Origin: Conexivisphaerales archaeon
Lineage (GTDB): Archaea; Thermoproteota; Nitrososphaeria; Conexivisphaerales; DTJL01
Direction: 5' to 3'
DNA: 64,000 nucleotides
NCBI GenBank assembly: GCA_035543015.1
Contig: DATKKG010000017.1
Span: 92,755 to 156,754 of the forward strand
Shown here: positions 1 through 9,354 of the stretch, piece by piece
Layout of the letters: each line of letters starts with the position of its first letter
Position numbering within the stretch: the first letter of the stretch is position 1
Program-made: the position numbers and the translations under genes
The notes under the pieces: model-generated
Told to the model about the DNA's origin: nothing
What the model saw: the letters and a program-made list of their open reading frames with translations, nothing else
Database searches by the model: none

Positions 1-201
1 GCAGGATTCCCAGTCGACTCCCACCAGGGTGCCGTGGACCCCCAGCTTGGTCGGGTAGGGCTTGCCTTCGTTGTCCGTCCTTTCCTTGCCCTCGGCCCTG
101 ACCTTGTGACCTGCATGCTCACCGGTCACCGGATATTCATCTGGTTTCTTGAGAAAGTCCTGGTCGATGGGCTTCGGCTTGTAATCGACTGCGCGAGCCA
201 T
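1..201 (-). CDS. zinc-containing ferredoxin, N-terminal part (gene runs off left edge)
   Basis: Own translation from ATG at 201-199 gives MARAVDYKPKPIDQDFLKKPDEYPVTGEHAGHKVRAEGKERTDNEGKPYPTKLGVHGTLVGVDWESC. From memory this resembles the N-terminal Zn-binding extension of Thermoplasma/Sulfolobus zinc ferredoxins (GHxV...KLGIHGTxVxVDWDxC). A TATA-like AAATATGG lies about 30 nt upstream. Confidence 0.75.
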   Translation of the reverse strand, partial: MARAVDYKPKPIDQDFLKKPDEYPVTGEHAGHKVRAEGKERTDNEGKPYPTKLGVHGTLVGVDWESC

Positions 202-338
202 TTACAAATACCTGCGCGGGAAGTGGTAATTTCCATATTTAAGCCTGATGCTCTTACCGTCCCTTCGCTGCGACGTTTGGACCGGCGAGCTTGCTCGAGT
301 GCAGGTTATAAGCCCGGAACGCCGAACCTATTCAGAAG

Positions 339-1448
339 TTGCGCTACAGGGTTTCCTGCCAGGCTGGTTTCGAGAGATACTGCGCAAGGGAGATGGCCTT
401 GCTCGGCGGAAGCCCTCTGGGATCGGGCCAGGGGTTCGTCTTCCTCGAAGGCCACCCCAGGCTAGTCTACGTGCTGAACCGCTACGCCAGGACGGCCGAG
501 AGGGTCCTCGTCGAGATGGCTGCGGCCAGGCTGGATGAAGACGACGTGGTCGACAGCCTGATCTCAAGGTGCGACTTCGGCCTTCTCGGCAGGGTCACGG
601 GGGTCACCTTGGACGCCGACGAATCCGTAACGCGGCTCCGATCGAGATGGATGACGCACCTCTCCTCCCTGCTGCCCAGAGCCTTCGGCTCGAGGGGCGG
701 CGTGAGAGTGCAGAGGGGAAGGTCAGACGCCTATCTCTACCTCGGCGTGGACGGGAGCTCGGCCTCGCTCTACGCCGATACCACTGGCGACTCGCTGAAC
801 TTCAGGGAGTATAGGGTGTACAACCACCCTTCGAGCATCAGGCCCTCCCTGGCCGCTTCTCTCGTCTTCATGGCGAACGCCGACGGGGGTGTCCTCTACG
901 ATCCGTTCTGCGGAGGGGGTACCATCCTGATAGAGGCAGCCTTGATGTCCCTAGCGAGGCCCACGCATGCCAGGAGGACGTACCGCTTCCGTAGCTTCGC
1001 CGAATACACGGCGGAGGAGGAGAGGTCGGCGAGTCTCAACCACCCCGTCATCAGGCCTTTCGAGTACGAAGTCGGGACGGAGATAAACTCCGTGCACTTG
1101 AAGGGGTGCAGGAAGAACCTTTCGGCGGCTGGCCTGGGGGATCTGAGGGTCTCCTTGGGCGACTGCACGAAGACCGTCCTTGAGAGGAGAGCCGACGTGA
1201 TCGTCACCAATCCTCCGTACGGCGTGAGGGGATCGAAGCTGACCAGGATGGAGGCCCTCAGCTCCAGGTTCCTCCAGAACCTGCCTAACATCCTCAGGCC
1301 GGGCGGCAGGGCGGTGGTGGTCACGTCGGACGCGGAGATGCTCAAGCGAGAAATGGCCAGGACGGGGCTGGTCCCCTCCGAAGTGGCCAAGACGCTCCAC
1401 AGCCACCTCTGGGTGGAGGGCATCGCCTTCAGGATGCCGGAGGGCTGA
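339..1448 (+). CDS. THUMP-domain RNA (tRNA guanine-N2 type) methyltransferase
   Basis: 369 aa ORF. The N-terminal half looks THUMP-like. It carries the SAM motif LYDPFCGGGTILIEAA and the catalytic motif VTNPPYG. Confidence 0.8.
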   Translation: MRYRVSCQAGFERYCAREMALLGGSPLGSGQGFVFLEGHPRLVYVLNRYARTAERVLVEMAAARLDEDDVVDSLISRCDFGLLGRVTGVTLDADESVTRLRSRWMTHLSSLLPRAFGSRGGVRVQRGRSDAYLYLGVDGSSASLYADTTGDSLNFREYRVYNHPSSIRPSLAASLVFMANADGGVLYDPFCGGGTILIEAALMSLARPTHARRTYRFRSFAEYTAEEERSASLNHPVIRPFEYEVGTEINSVHLKGCRKNLSAAGLGDLRVSLGDCTKTVLERRADVIVTNPPYGVRGSKLTRMEALSSRFLQNLPNILRPGGRAVVVTSDAEMLKREMARTGLVPSEVAKTLHSHLWVEGIAFRMPEG

Positions 1449-1454
1449 GCTGAC

Positions 1455-3173
1455 CTATTCTTCCAGGAGGCTCTTCACGGGCATCGAGAGCCTGTAGACG
1501 TGGTAGGCTCCTCCGAACACAACCAGGAGGGCTCCGGCTTCGACGAGCATCGAGTATTGGTTCCCCACTATGATGGAGTAGACCGTCAGGGCCGTAAGGG
1601 CGAGGCCCATGACGAACATCACGCTCATTATCTGCGTGGAGGTCACCTCGCCCAGGACGTAGCTCGTCCTGGGCAGCTTCGGCCTCGGGTTGAGCCTCGT
1701 CCCTAGCCAGATGCTGACAGCCGTGATCCCCGTGGGCACGAGCATCGCGAACGGTATCCCGTACAGTATCGCGTCGTGCATGTCCTGGGTGAACTGGGAC
1801 GGCGAGATGAGGCCGACAGTGGTCCCGTAGTTGATCATCACCGTGTACGCCACCCATGTGAGGCCTCCTGCGATGAAGAGGGAGAGTATGGAGAGCGGGA
1901 ACAGGATCTTGTATGAGGAAATGTGGGCGTTCGCCAGGAAGCGCTCCGGCAGAGAGGGCTTGTCGTTCGGATTGGGTGCGATGCCGGCCTTCGTCATATA
2001 GTAGTTCCTGAGCCCATAGGTCACTGCGAAAGCGGCGAATCCGATGAGGAATATCGACCCGTAGAACAGGTCCGGTCTGATCGGTATGCTGGGGAGCAGG
2101 TATCCCATTATGGTGATGTAGAGGAAGGCGGCCATCGTTCCCGCGAGGAGGTTTGGCCAGAACGTCCTGTCGAACCAGTTGCGCTTCAGCTTCCTGTCCA
2201 GGAAGGGCACCAGAACGAAGAGGGTGATGATGACTCCTGGGATCGCCACGCCCGCGACGAAGCCAGTGAAGACGTGTGGCAGGTAGCCTCCTGTGCGCAG
2301 GAGGGCGTACAGCCCCGACAGATACCACTCGGGCACCGTCGCCTGTATGGGCTGCGCCGGCAGGTACTTCGTGCCGAGGTCGACGGGCATCAGGCCCGCG
2401 GCTACGGTTATCGTGCCGAGGGTGAAGGCGATGGACGAGACGTCGAGCTTGAGGTTCTTGGGGAAGTGGACCAGGAAGCCCGCCAGCATCACGAACGGGA
2501 CCAGTATCAGGTGGAAGCCATAGAATCGAGTGACGATGTCGTAGATCCCCTGGCCCTCTATGAGCCAGTTGAAGGCCGGCAGGAGCGGGCTGTAGTCCTG
2601 GAGAGACGCGAGAAGCTTCCTCCCTATGTTGATGGCCTGGACCGCCCTGGCATTCATTATCAGGTCGTAGCCCGTGTAGGCTTCGAGGACGGTGAGAACG
2701 CCAAGCGTCATGCCGGTGATCCAGATTATCTCGTTCGGGTTCTTGTAGCGGCCTCTGACGTAGTAGTAGGCCAGGTGGATGAAAGCGGCTATGATCATCA
2801 CGTTGGAAGCCCAGTAGTGGATGCTTCTCATCGCGTAGCCGAAGGGTATGTCCCACGTTATCCTGGAGACCGAATCGAAGGCGGTGTAGTAGCCCCCGGA
2901 AGCCGAACTCGAGGCGACGAACGTGGGAACGTAGTACAGGGTGAGGAGGCCCCCGGTGAAGGCCAGGACGAAGAAGCTGACGAAGGTCAGGACCCCCGAC
3001 CACTCGAAGGGGTTGGATATCCTCGAAGGGAGCATGAACTTCAGCGCCATCAGCGAAGTCCGCGCGAGGCGCTTGTTCACGAAGTCGACAGTCGAGTCGA
3101 CGTTCTTGTCGAAGTTCCTGAAGAACCCTCTGACGTCCAGCTTCTTCTTGAGGCCTGACTTCACCCTAGTCAC
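1455..3173 (-). CDS. cytochrome b (long, fused b / subunit IV-like) of a bc-type complex
   Basis: 572 aa polytopic membrane ORF with conserved His-bearing helices (SIHYWASNVMIIAAFIHLAYYY). It overlaps the upstream Rieske gene by 8 nt, which suggests one operon. Confidence 0.85.
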   Translation of the reverse strand: MTRVKSGLKKKLDVRGFFRNFDKNVDSTVDFVNKRLARTSLMALKFMLPSRISNPFEWSGVLTFVSFFVLAFTGGLLTLYYVPTFVASSSASGGYYTAFDSVSRITWDIPFGYAMRSIHYWASNVMIIAAFIHLAYYYVRGRYKNPNEIIWITGMTLGVLTVLEAYTGYDLIMNARAVQAINIGRKLLASLQDYSPLLPAFNWLIEGQGIYDIVTRFYGFHLILVPFVMLAGFLVHFPKNLKLDVSSIAFTLGTITVAAGLMPVDLGTKYLPAQPIQATVPEWYLSGLYALLRTGGYLPHVFTGFVAGVAIPGVIITLFVLVPFLDRKLKRNWFDRTFWPNLLAGTMAAFLYITIMGYLLPSIPIRPDLFYGSIFLIGFAAFAVTYGLRNYYMTKAGIAPNPNDKPSLPERFLANAHISSYKILFPLSILSLFIAGGLTWVAYTVMINYGTTVGLISPSQFTQDMHDAILYGIPFAMLVPTGITAVSIWLGTRLNPRPKLPRTSYVLGEVTSTQIMSVMFVMGLALTALTVYSIIVGNQYSMLVEAGALLVVFGGAYHVYRLSMPVKSLLEE

Positions 3174-3735
3174 CCTGGACGGTCTTCACGATGGAGCCTC
3201 TCCCGGGTCCATGGATCGTGGGCGTTCCAACGAGGTCCACTGCATAGATGTCCCCGCTTCCTTGGTGTATCTCGAGGTCGATCACCGGGAGCGGGTTGAG
3301 GGCGGGGCCCCTGTGCACCGTGCCGTCCTTGATGTCGAACATGCTTCCGTGGCAGGGGCAGGGGCCGATGAAGCCGAGCGGCTGCTCGTCCGGCAGGAGC
3401 CTCAGGGGGCAGCCCAGATGGGTGCACTGATAATTGTAGGCGGTCCAGGAGTCCGTGCCCAGCCTGAAGAGGATGCTCCTGAACTCGGCGTCGTCCGTGG
3501 GATAGAAGAAGATCGTCGTCTCCCCGACGTTGAGCTGGCTCACGTTCGCGATCTTCGTCTTCGGCAGCGGGTTCGGGAGCGCGTCCCTGTAGAGGTAGTT
3601 GACGAGCGTGACGGCGGGGGCGAGGAAGCCTATCGCCATCATCGCGAGCGTCCCCTTGAGGAAGAGCCTCCTCGTCCTACCCTTCTTCTGGTCTTCCTTC
3701 GGTGGAGCCGTCGGAGAAGCGGGGGGCTGGGCCAT
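3166..3735 (-). CDS. Rieske [2Fe-2S] iron-sulfur protein
   Basis: Rieske boxes CTHLGCPL and CPCHGSMF are present. A Tat-like RTRRLFLKG precedes a TM segment. The ORF track extends to 3783, but the ATG at 3735 sits 30-40 nt downstream of a TATA-like ACTTAAATC, so I prefer it as the start. Confidence 0.9.
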   Translation of the reverse strand: MAQPPASPTAPPKEDQKKGRTRRLFLKGTLAMMAIGFLAPAVTLVNYLYRDALPNPLPKTKIANVSQLNVGETTIFFYPTDDAEFRSILFRLGTDSWTAYNYQCTHLGCPLRLLPDEQPLGFIGPCPCHGSMFDIKDGTVHRGPALNPLPVIDLEIHQGSGDIYAVDLVGTPTIHGPGRGSIVKTVQGD

Positions 3736-3878
3736 TCTCAGCTCGCCACTCGAGACAGATTTTCTTGATTTAAGTCTTATCAAGGAAGCGTTTCTTTTTG
3801 CATCTATGTCTCCTTTTTGCGCTAGGATTTGGGCAAATAAATTTAAGCCCAGTTCGAATTCGCCTCCCCGAAGGAACC

Positions 3879-4313
3879 TTGGGGCAGGAGGACAAGGGTC
3901 TCAGCTGGGCTGACACCAAGGTCATCATAGGCGCTTTCCTGGTCGTCCTCGTCGGCATAACGGCCGCCACGTATTCGACCCTCTTCCTAGTCCCGCCTCA
4001 CGCTCCCTCGACGGTTGTGACCGTGAGCACCACATGGGAGCTGGTCGCGGCCAACATCAAGTACAACAGCACCAACCCGACCATCTACGTGCCCGTCGGC
4101 CAGAAGGTGACCCTGACCATTGTGAACAACGACGGGATGGCGCACACCTTCGACATCGACGAACTGAACATCCACACGGGGACCATCAACCCCGGGGAAT
4201 CGAAGACCGTGACGTTCACCATGACCTCGGCGAGCTCGTACAAGTACTACTGCTCGATACACCCGGGTCTCATGGACGGTCAGGTCACCGCGTTGGCCTC
4301 CAGCGGATCCTAG
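3879..4313 (+). CDS. type-1 blue copper protein (cupredoxin; halocyanin/sulfocyanin-like)
   Basis: Cu ligand pattern MAHTFD ... CSIHPGLM (C-x2-H-x4-M), with an N-terminal TM anchor. The ORF is open from 3798. An in-frame TTG at 3879 follows the TATA-like AAATAAATTTAAG (3835-3848). Confidence 0.8.
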   Translation: MGQEDKGLSWADTKVIIGAFLVVLVGITAATYSTLFLVPPHAPSTVVTVSTTWELVAANIKYNSTNPTIYVPVGQKVTLTIVNNDGMAHTFDIDELNIHTGTINPGESKTVTFTMTSASSYKYYCSIHPGLMDGQVTALASSGS

Positions 4314-4392
4314 GTGGCCGCAGACTGGTTCTATCTTGCTCGATATCGAGCACGTCATTACTCCGCCCGGGGATCTCCCCGCGCTCTTCAGC

Positions 4393-5565
4393 CTAGATCT
4401 CTTCGATGCGCTCGGGCAGGCTCGGGTCCCCCTTTCTCATCTCGCCGTAGAGGGTCGTGAAGAGCCTGTTGATCTCCCATTGGGCTTTGTTTCCGACCTC
4501 GCTGAAGCTGCTGCGGTAGAACGACGCGTGCTCTATCTGGTACATCGAGCCGGTCATCAGTATCTTCGTCTTCAGCGCCGTCGGCAACACGAACCGGGCG
4601 TCCTCCTTCTTTATCCCGTGGTCTCTCAGCTTCGAGTATGCCTCCTTGGTGGCGCGCATGGTTTCGGAGAACAACCTCGAAGTGGCGTCGTCGGCCGTGA
4701 TGCTCGGAGGAACGACCCCTGACTCGTTGACGGCGTCGGAGAACCTCTGGCTTTCCTGTGAAAATGAGAAGAGACGGTGGCGTACCAGCTGGTGGGAGGC
4801 GGCGCGGGATATGCCCTCGACTTCGATCGTCGCGAAGGAGTGCTTCAGCAGCTCCCGTGCGCTAAGGTCGGTCCCTGCCATCTCGCGGACCTGGCCCGTG
4901 GTCAGATGCTGGACCACCATCAGCCTGAAATCGGTCTCCGATGCCCCTGAACTCCCCGGTCTCTCGCCTGAGAAGCGTCTGTCCCTCGCCCCGGACTCGA
5001 TGCAGTGGGCGACCGTCTCCGAAACCCTGGGGACGTGCTCTGCGATAAAGGCGCATTCCCTTCCCGTGCAGTTGATGTGACGGGCCATCTCCGTCATCGT
5101 GCGGAGGTTCAAGCTGAGAAGGAAGGACCCGCTCTCCAGCCTCGTGAAGGAGACCTGCGGGTGCGCCTGGACGAGGGCCATGAGGTCGCCGGGCTCTCCC
5201 TCCACGCGGAGCATGCTACGCGCATGCTCATAGACGTCGAATTCGAGGCGGTTGAAGGCGCTCTCTGTCAGGTACTGTGGGTACCCGGCCGTCTCCATGT
5301 CCTTCTCAAGCTCCTCCCACAGCTTTGTCGTGTAGCACCTTCGCATCGCAAGCCCGATGAGACGCTCGGGTTCTCGGGTACGCCAAAGGAGATCGGCCTT
5401 CAGCTGAGCACAGCTCCTCTCCATTTCGGGCGAGCACGCCCTAGAAAAACCCTGTGAACAACGGCCTGAAGACAGCGCCAGGTTGGCGAACCGGCCACCA
5501 TAGGCGAGAAGGAGGGCCCCGTCAGCCTTCCCGCAGCGCGGGTCTTGGCTCAGCACTGATGTCAT
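4393..5565 (-). CDS. thyX: flavin-dependent thymidylate synthase ThyX, atypically long
   Basis: Exact ThyX signature RHRLFSFSQESQR (RHRxxSxxxxSxR) at aa 262-274 (nt 4744-4782). Downstream ARFVLP ... AQWEI motifs are also present. At 390 aa it is far longer than the roughly 220-250 aa typical of ThyX, and the start is uncertain. Confidence 0.75.
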   Translation of the reverse strand: MTSVLSQDPRCGKADGALLLAYGGRFANLALSSGRCSQGFSRACSPEMERSCAQLKADLLWRTREPERLIGLAMRRCYTTKLWEELEKDMETAGYPQYLTESAFNRLEFDVYEHARSMLRVEGEPGDLMALVQAHPQVSFTRLESGSFLLSLNLRTMTEMARHINCTGRECAFIAEHVPRVSETVAHCIESGARDRRFSGERPGSSGASETDFRLMVVQHLTTGQVREMAGTDLSARELLKHSFATIEVEGISRAASHQLVRHRLFSFSQESQRFSDAVNESGVVPPSITADDATSRLFSETMRATKEAYSKLRDHGIKKEDARFVLPTALKTKILMTGSMYQIEHASFYRSSFSEVGNKAQWEINRLFTTLYGEMRKGDPSLPERIEEI

Positions 5566-5855
5566 TCATCATGGATCAGAAATACCAGCTTGCTTCATCG
5601 CCGAGCAGTCTGCGGACCTGCTCGCCATATAGTCTTTGCTTGGCCACTCGGTGCCCGCCGTCGCCCCGACCGCCTGTCGGGGCCTTGATCCGACCCCGTC
5701 GGGGCATGTCTGGTCCAGGACACCATGCTGCCCCGACCTGCAAGATGCCGGGTCAAGGCCTTCCCCCCTACCCGTCTTGCGGAGCCCGTGCGTCGTTCAC
5801 AACCGTTATATAGCAAGCTCAATCTCGCTGGAATCTGCTCTTTGGGGGCCAGCGC

Positions 5856-6713
5856 TTGATCAAGGATTACATCCAACTGACGAACCCCAATATCGTCTAC
5901 CTGTTGGCCTTTACGGCAGCCACTTCCGCACTGATAGCGGGAGGCTTCGACAGGCCGCTCCAGGTCCTCGCCATTACGCTTGCAACGGGCCTATGCTCCG
6001 CGGGAGCCAGAAGCGTCACCAACTACATCGACAGGGACATCGATGCCGTGATGCGTAGGACCAGGCGCAGGCCCCTTCCCAGGAACGCCATCCCTCCCGG
6101 AAACGCCCTGGTGTACGGAGGCTGCCTCATCGGTGCGGGCCTCCTTCTCGCGTTTCCAATGGGTGCCCTCCTTCCCGTCTACCTCGGGCTGGGGCTCGTC
6201 GACAACGTGGTCGTCTACAACCTCCTGACAAAGAGGAAGACCGCCTGGAACATCATACTGGGGGCGCCCAGTGGAGGCATCCCAGCGTTCGTCGGTTACG
6301 TGGCGATCAAGGGCTACGTCGACTGGACGGCGGTCGCGCTCGCCGCACTGGTGGTGCTCTGGACGCCCGTCCACATATGGAGTCTGGCGATCAGGTTCAA
6401 GGACGACTACGGAAGGGCCGACATTCCGATGCTCCCCGTGTCGCTGGGGGTGAAGACCGGCATACGCTGCATTGCCTACACCTCCGTGCTCCTGGCCGTT
6501 TTCACGGCGATACTGCCGATCCTTCCCGGCTCCCCCTTCGGCATCGGGGCCGCGATCGTCGGGACGGTCCTCAGCGTGGTCCTGGCGGCGATGAGCCTTT
6601 GGCTCATCAAGGAGCCCACCGAGAAGAAGGCGTGGGACCTCTTCAAGTTCACGAGCCCGTATTTGGCCCTCCTGTTCAGCGTGCTGGCCTTGGATGTAAT
6701 AATGGGGATGTAG
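5856..6713 (+). CDS. ctaB: protoheme IX farnesyltransferase (heme O synthase)
   Basis: UbiA-family polytopic protein with NYIDRDIDAVMRRTRRRPLP. TTG start. TATA-like GTTATATAG at 5805-5813. Confidence 0.9.
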   Translation: MIKDYIQLTNPNIVYLLAFTAATSALIAGGFDRPLQVLAITLATGLCSAGARSVTNYIDRDIDAVMRRTRRRPLPRNAIPPGNALVYGGCLIGAGLLLAFPMGALLPVYLGLGLVDNVVVYNLLTKRKTAWNIILGAPSGGIPAFVGYVAIKGYVDWTAVALAALVVLWTPVHIWSLAIRFKDDYGRADIPMLPVSLGVKTGIRCIAYTSVLLAVFTAILPILPGSPFGIGAAIVGTVLSVVLAAMSLWLIKEPTEKKAWDLFKFTSPYLALLFSVLALDVIMGM

Positions 6714-7023
6714 ACGCCGCTTCCCAGGCGCTCCCGATACCCGGCTGCAGCCTGGCAAGCTCCTCCTGTTCGAGTAGTCCCCTCAGGGTGCCTTCGAACG
6801 CCTTCCTCCATGAGACCGGGAGGCGGACCATGTCCCCCACCTCGAGCGCCTTCCCTGCGCCCCGTTACACGGGAAGGACGGTCAGGCCCCTCTCCTCTGC
6901 CAGGAGGGCCACCGTTTCGAGGACTTGAGCAGCGTCCCCGGCCTCCACCCAGGCGGAAGAGAGGGAAAAGGGGGCCCCCGGAGCCGCCGAGGTGACGCGC
7001 GGGGTCTGTGGACGGACAGAAAG

Positions 7024-7032
7024 GTATTATAC
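7024..7032 (+). promoter_or_regulatory. TATA box candidate (GTATTATAC) for the PIN-ATPase gene
   Basis: About 35-40 nt upstream of the ATG at 7066. Confidence 0.4.
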
Positions 7033-7065
7033 ACAGCATTCTGGCGTTGTTAATGAAGAAAACAC

Positions 7066-8694
7066 ATGACTGATACCGCAGTTTTGGACACGAGCGCCAT
7101 CATAGATGGAATTTTCTGGCGCTCGCTCGAGAGCGGAGAGATAAAGGACGTCGAAGTCTGCATCCCTTACGCCGCGCTCGATGAGCTACAAGCGCAGGCT
7201 TCAAGGAACGTCGACGTTGGTTTCATCGGACTGGCCGAGCTGAAGAAGATCCGCCTGTTCTGCGAATCCAAGGGCTACCGGCTGTACTTCTACGGCCCGA
7301 AGCCGTCCTTCGACGACATAAGGCTCGCCAAGAAGGGGAGGATCGACGGGATGATCAGGGACGTCGCGAGAGAGGTGAACGGCACGCTCTACACCGCCGA
7401 CTACGTCCTCTACCTCACGGCAGAGGCTGAGGGGGTGAAGGTGAAGCATCTCAGGCCCCAGATCAAGACCAAGGGGCTGAAGTTCGAAAGCTACTTCGAC
7501 CCCAGGACCCTCAGCGTCCACCTAAAGGAGGGCGTCGTCCCCATGGCGAAAAGGGGAGGGCCGGGTGCCTTCGAGCTCGTGAAGGTCGGCGACAAGCTGC
7601 TGACCCGCGAAGAGCTCGAGGAGATCGAGACGGAGATACACGAGGCGTCCAGGGTCAGCCGGGACGCCTTCCAGGAGTTGAAGATGAGCGGGGCCAGCGT
7701 GACCCAGCTGGGCAACTTCAGGATAGCCGTCGCGAGGCCGCCCTTCAGCGACGGCCTCGAGATCACGATAGTCAGGCCCATAGTCAAGCTGACCCTCGAA
7801 GACTACAACCTCTCGGAGAAGCTCATGGACAGGCTGGCGAACAAGGCTGAGGGCGTGATCATCGCGGGCCCCCCGGGCTCCGGAAAGAGCACCCTCGCCT
7901 CCAGCATCGCCGAGTATTACATGAGGCAGGGCAGGATCGTGAAGACGCTCGAGATGCCGCGGGACCTTCAGGTTCCCCCCGCGATAACGCAGTACGGGCC
8001 CCTCGAGGGGGAGTTCGAGAAGACGGCGGAGATCCTCCTCCTGGTGAGGCCCGACTTTACCGTGTATGACGAGGTGAGGAAGACCTCAGACTTCCAGGTG
8101 TTCGCTGACATGCGGCTGGCCGGCGTCGGGATGGTCGGCGTGGTGCATGCTAGCGGGCCGGTCGACGCCGTCCAGAGGTTCGTCGGGAGGGTGGAGCTCG
8201 GCATGATCCCCCACATCATCGACACCATAGTCTTCGTCAAGGCCGGCAAGATCCAGGCCGTGTTGGACCTCAAGCTGGTGGTCAGGACCCCGACCGGGAT
8301 GATGGAGGAGGACCTGGCGCGGCCCCTCGTGGAGGTCAGGGACTTCGAAACGGGGAGGCTGACGCATGAGATCTACACCTTCGGCGAAGAGAACGTCATC
8401 GTGCCGATCCCGGAGGGGGCTGGCGAGAGGAAGATGGTCACCGGCGTGGAGAAGCTGGCCCTCGAGAAGATCGCCTCCAAGATGAAGGAGTACGACCCCT
8501 TCGCCGAGGTTGAGCTGCTCTCCGGCAACAAGGCGGTCGTGAGGGTCAGCAGGGAAGCCATCCCTAGGCTGATAGGAAGGAAGGGGGAGAACATCACGGG
8601 ATTGGAGGACTCCTTGGGCATCAGGATAGAGGTGAAACCCAGGGAGGGCGAAGACAGGACCATCGTGAAGAAAGAGAAGAAACGCAGGCGCTAG
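7066..8694 (+). CDS. PIN domain / PilT-like ATPase / KH domain protein (conserved archaeal)
   Basis: N-terminal PIN-like region (VLDTSAIIDG), Walker A GPPGSGKST, and a C-terminal KH motif LIGRKGENITGLEDSLGIRIEV. Confidence 0.8.
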   Translation: MTDTAVLDTSAIIDGIFWRSLESGEIKDVEVCIPYAALDELQAQASRNVDVGFIGLAELKKIRLFCESKGYRLYFYGPKPSFDDIRLAKKGRIDGMIRDVAREVNGTLYTADYVLYLTAEAEGVKVKHLRPQIKTKGLKFESYFDPRTLSVHLKEGVVPMAKRGGPGAFELVKVGDKLLTREELEEIETEIHEASRVSRDAFQELKMSGASVTQLGNFRIAVARPPFSDGLEITIVRPIVKLTLEDYNLSEKLMDRLANKAEGVIIAGPPGSGKSTLASSIAEYYMRQGRIVKTLEMPRDLQVPPAITQYGPLEGEFEKTAEILLLVRPDFTVYDEVRKTSDFQVFADMRLAGVGMVGVVHASGPVDAVQRFVGRVELGMIPHIIDTIVFVKAGKIQAVLDLKLVVRTPTGMMEEDLARPLVEVRDFETGRLTHEIYTFGEENVIVPIPEGAGERKMVTGVEKLALEKIASKMKEYDPFAEVELLSGNKAVVRVSREAIPRLIGRKGENITGLEDSLGIRIEVKPREGEDRTIVKKEKKRRR

Positions 8695-8697
8695 CAT

Positions 8698-8719
8698 GGT
8701 TGGGTGCTTCCTAGTTTTT
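8698..8719 (+). repeat. repeat copy A: GGTTGGGTGCTTCCTAGTTTTT
   Basis: Starts 3 nt after the stop of the PIN-ATPase gene. It can pair with an imperfect inverted partner (8706-8714 with CTAGAGGAAGC at 8737-8747). Confidence 0.85.
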
Positions 8720-8811
8720 CCGGCAACGTCATCCGGCTAGAGGAAGCTCGGCGTTTGCACTAAGCTTAAAGCGTCGCCTTTCGGACTAGGGAGCATTCCC
8801 AGTGGTAGGGC

Positions 8812-9255
8812 TTGCTCGAGGAGCACTCCGCAGGCATCGTCGTATTCCATTCAGAGGACGGGGTGACCAAGTACCTACTGCTGAAAAACGACAAGTCAAA
8901 GTACGACCTGCCAAAGGGCAACATCGAAAGCGGCGAGTCCGAGCTGAACGCCGCCGTCAGGGAGGCGAGGGAGGAAACCGGGCTCCCTGACATACGGCTC
9001 GTTGACGGTTTTTCGGAGAGGATCACCTACTTCTACTTAAGGCCTGGCGGGGTCAAGGTCCACAAGTCGGTGCGGTACTACCTAGGGGAGACCTCTCGTC
9101 TGGACGTGACTGTATCAGAGGAGCACAAGGGGTTCGTGTGGGCGACCCTTGATGAAGCTCTTACGATTACTTCGTATGACAACGTGAAGCTTCTTCTTAG
9201 TAGGGCGGACAAGTTTCGTAAGACTCTTTCAGTTGGGATTGATAGGTATACTTGA
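8812..9255 (+). CDS. Nudix hydrolase
   Basis: Nudix box GNIESGESELNAAVREAREETGL. TTG start. The 3' part looks AT-richer than its neighbours by eye. Confidence 0.85.
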   Translation: MLEEHSAGIVVFHSEDGVTKYLLLKNDKSKYDLPKGNIESGESELNAAVREAREETGLPDIRLVDGFSERITYFYLRPGGVKVHKSVRYYLGETSRLDVTVSEEHKGFVWATLDEALTITSYDNVKLLLSRADKFRKTLSVGIDRYT

Positions 9256-9260
9256 AGCGT

Positions 9261-9280
9261 TTGTGTGCTTCCTAGTTTTT
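9261..9280 (+). repeat. repeat copy B: TTGTGTGCTTCCTAGTTTTT
   Basis: Starts 5 nt after the Nudix stop. It is a perfect inverted match to 9938-9957. A partner arm AACTAGGAA lies at 9306-9314. Confidence 0.9.
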
Positions 9281-9354
9281 GCAATTGAATTATCAAGCTA
9301 TATGGAACTAGGAAAGTGTTCGTTGTTTATGGAAACAGGGGAGTTTCGTGCGTC

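Noticed and set aside
1429-3003. Long alternative-frame or antisense ORFs. Examples are 1429..3003, 1923..3158, 11434..12927, 16972..18342, 41138..42019, 42228..43172, 43322..44209, 50166..51287 and 61518..62384.
   Set aside because: Their Arg/Pro/Gly/His-rich low-complexity translations overlap genes with clear family motifs on the other frame or strand. These are typical shadow ORFs of GC-rich DNA.
6714-7065. Short minus-strand ORFs in the 350-nt spacer after ctaB, for example MVRLPVSWRKAFEGTLRGLLEQEELARLQ, which looks AbrB/antitoxin-like.
   Set aside because: They are below 60 codons, broken by a stop between two plausible halves, lack a clear start or promoter, and partly overlap ctaB. 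I cannot support them from sequence alone.
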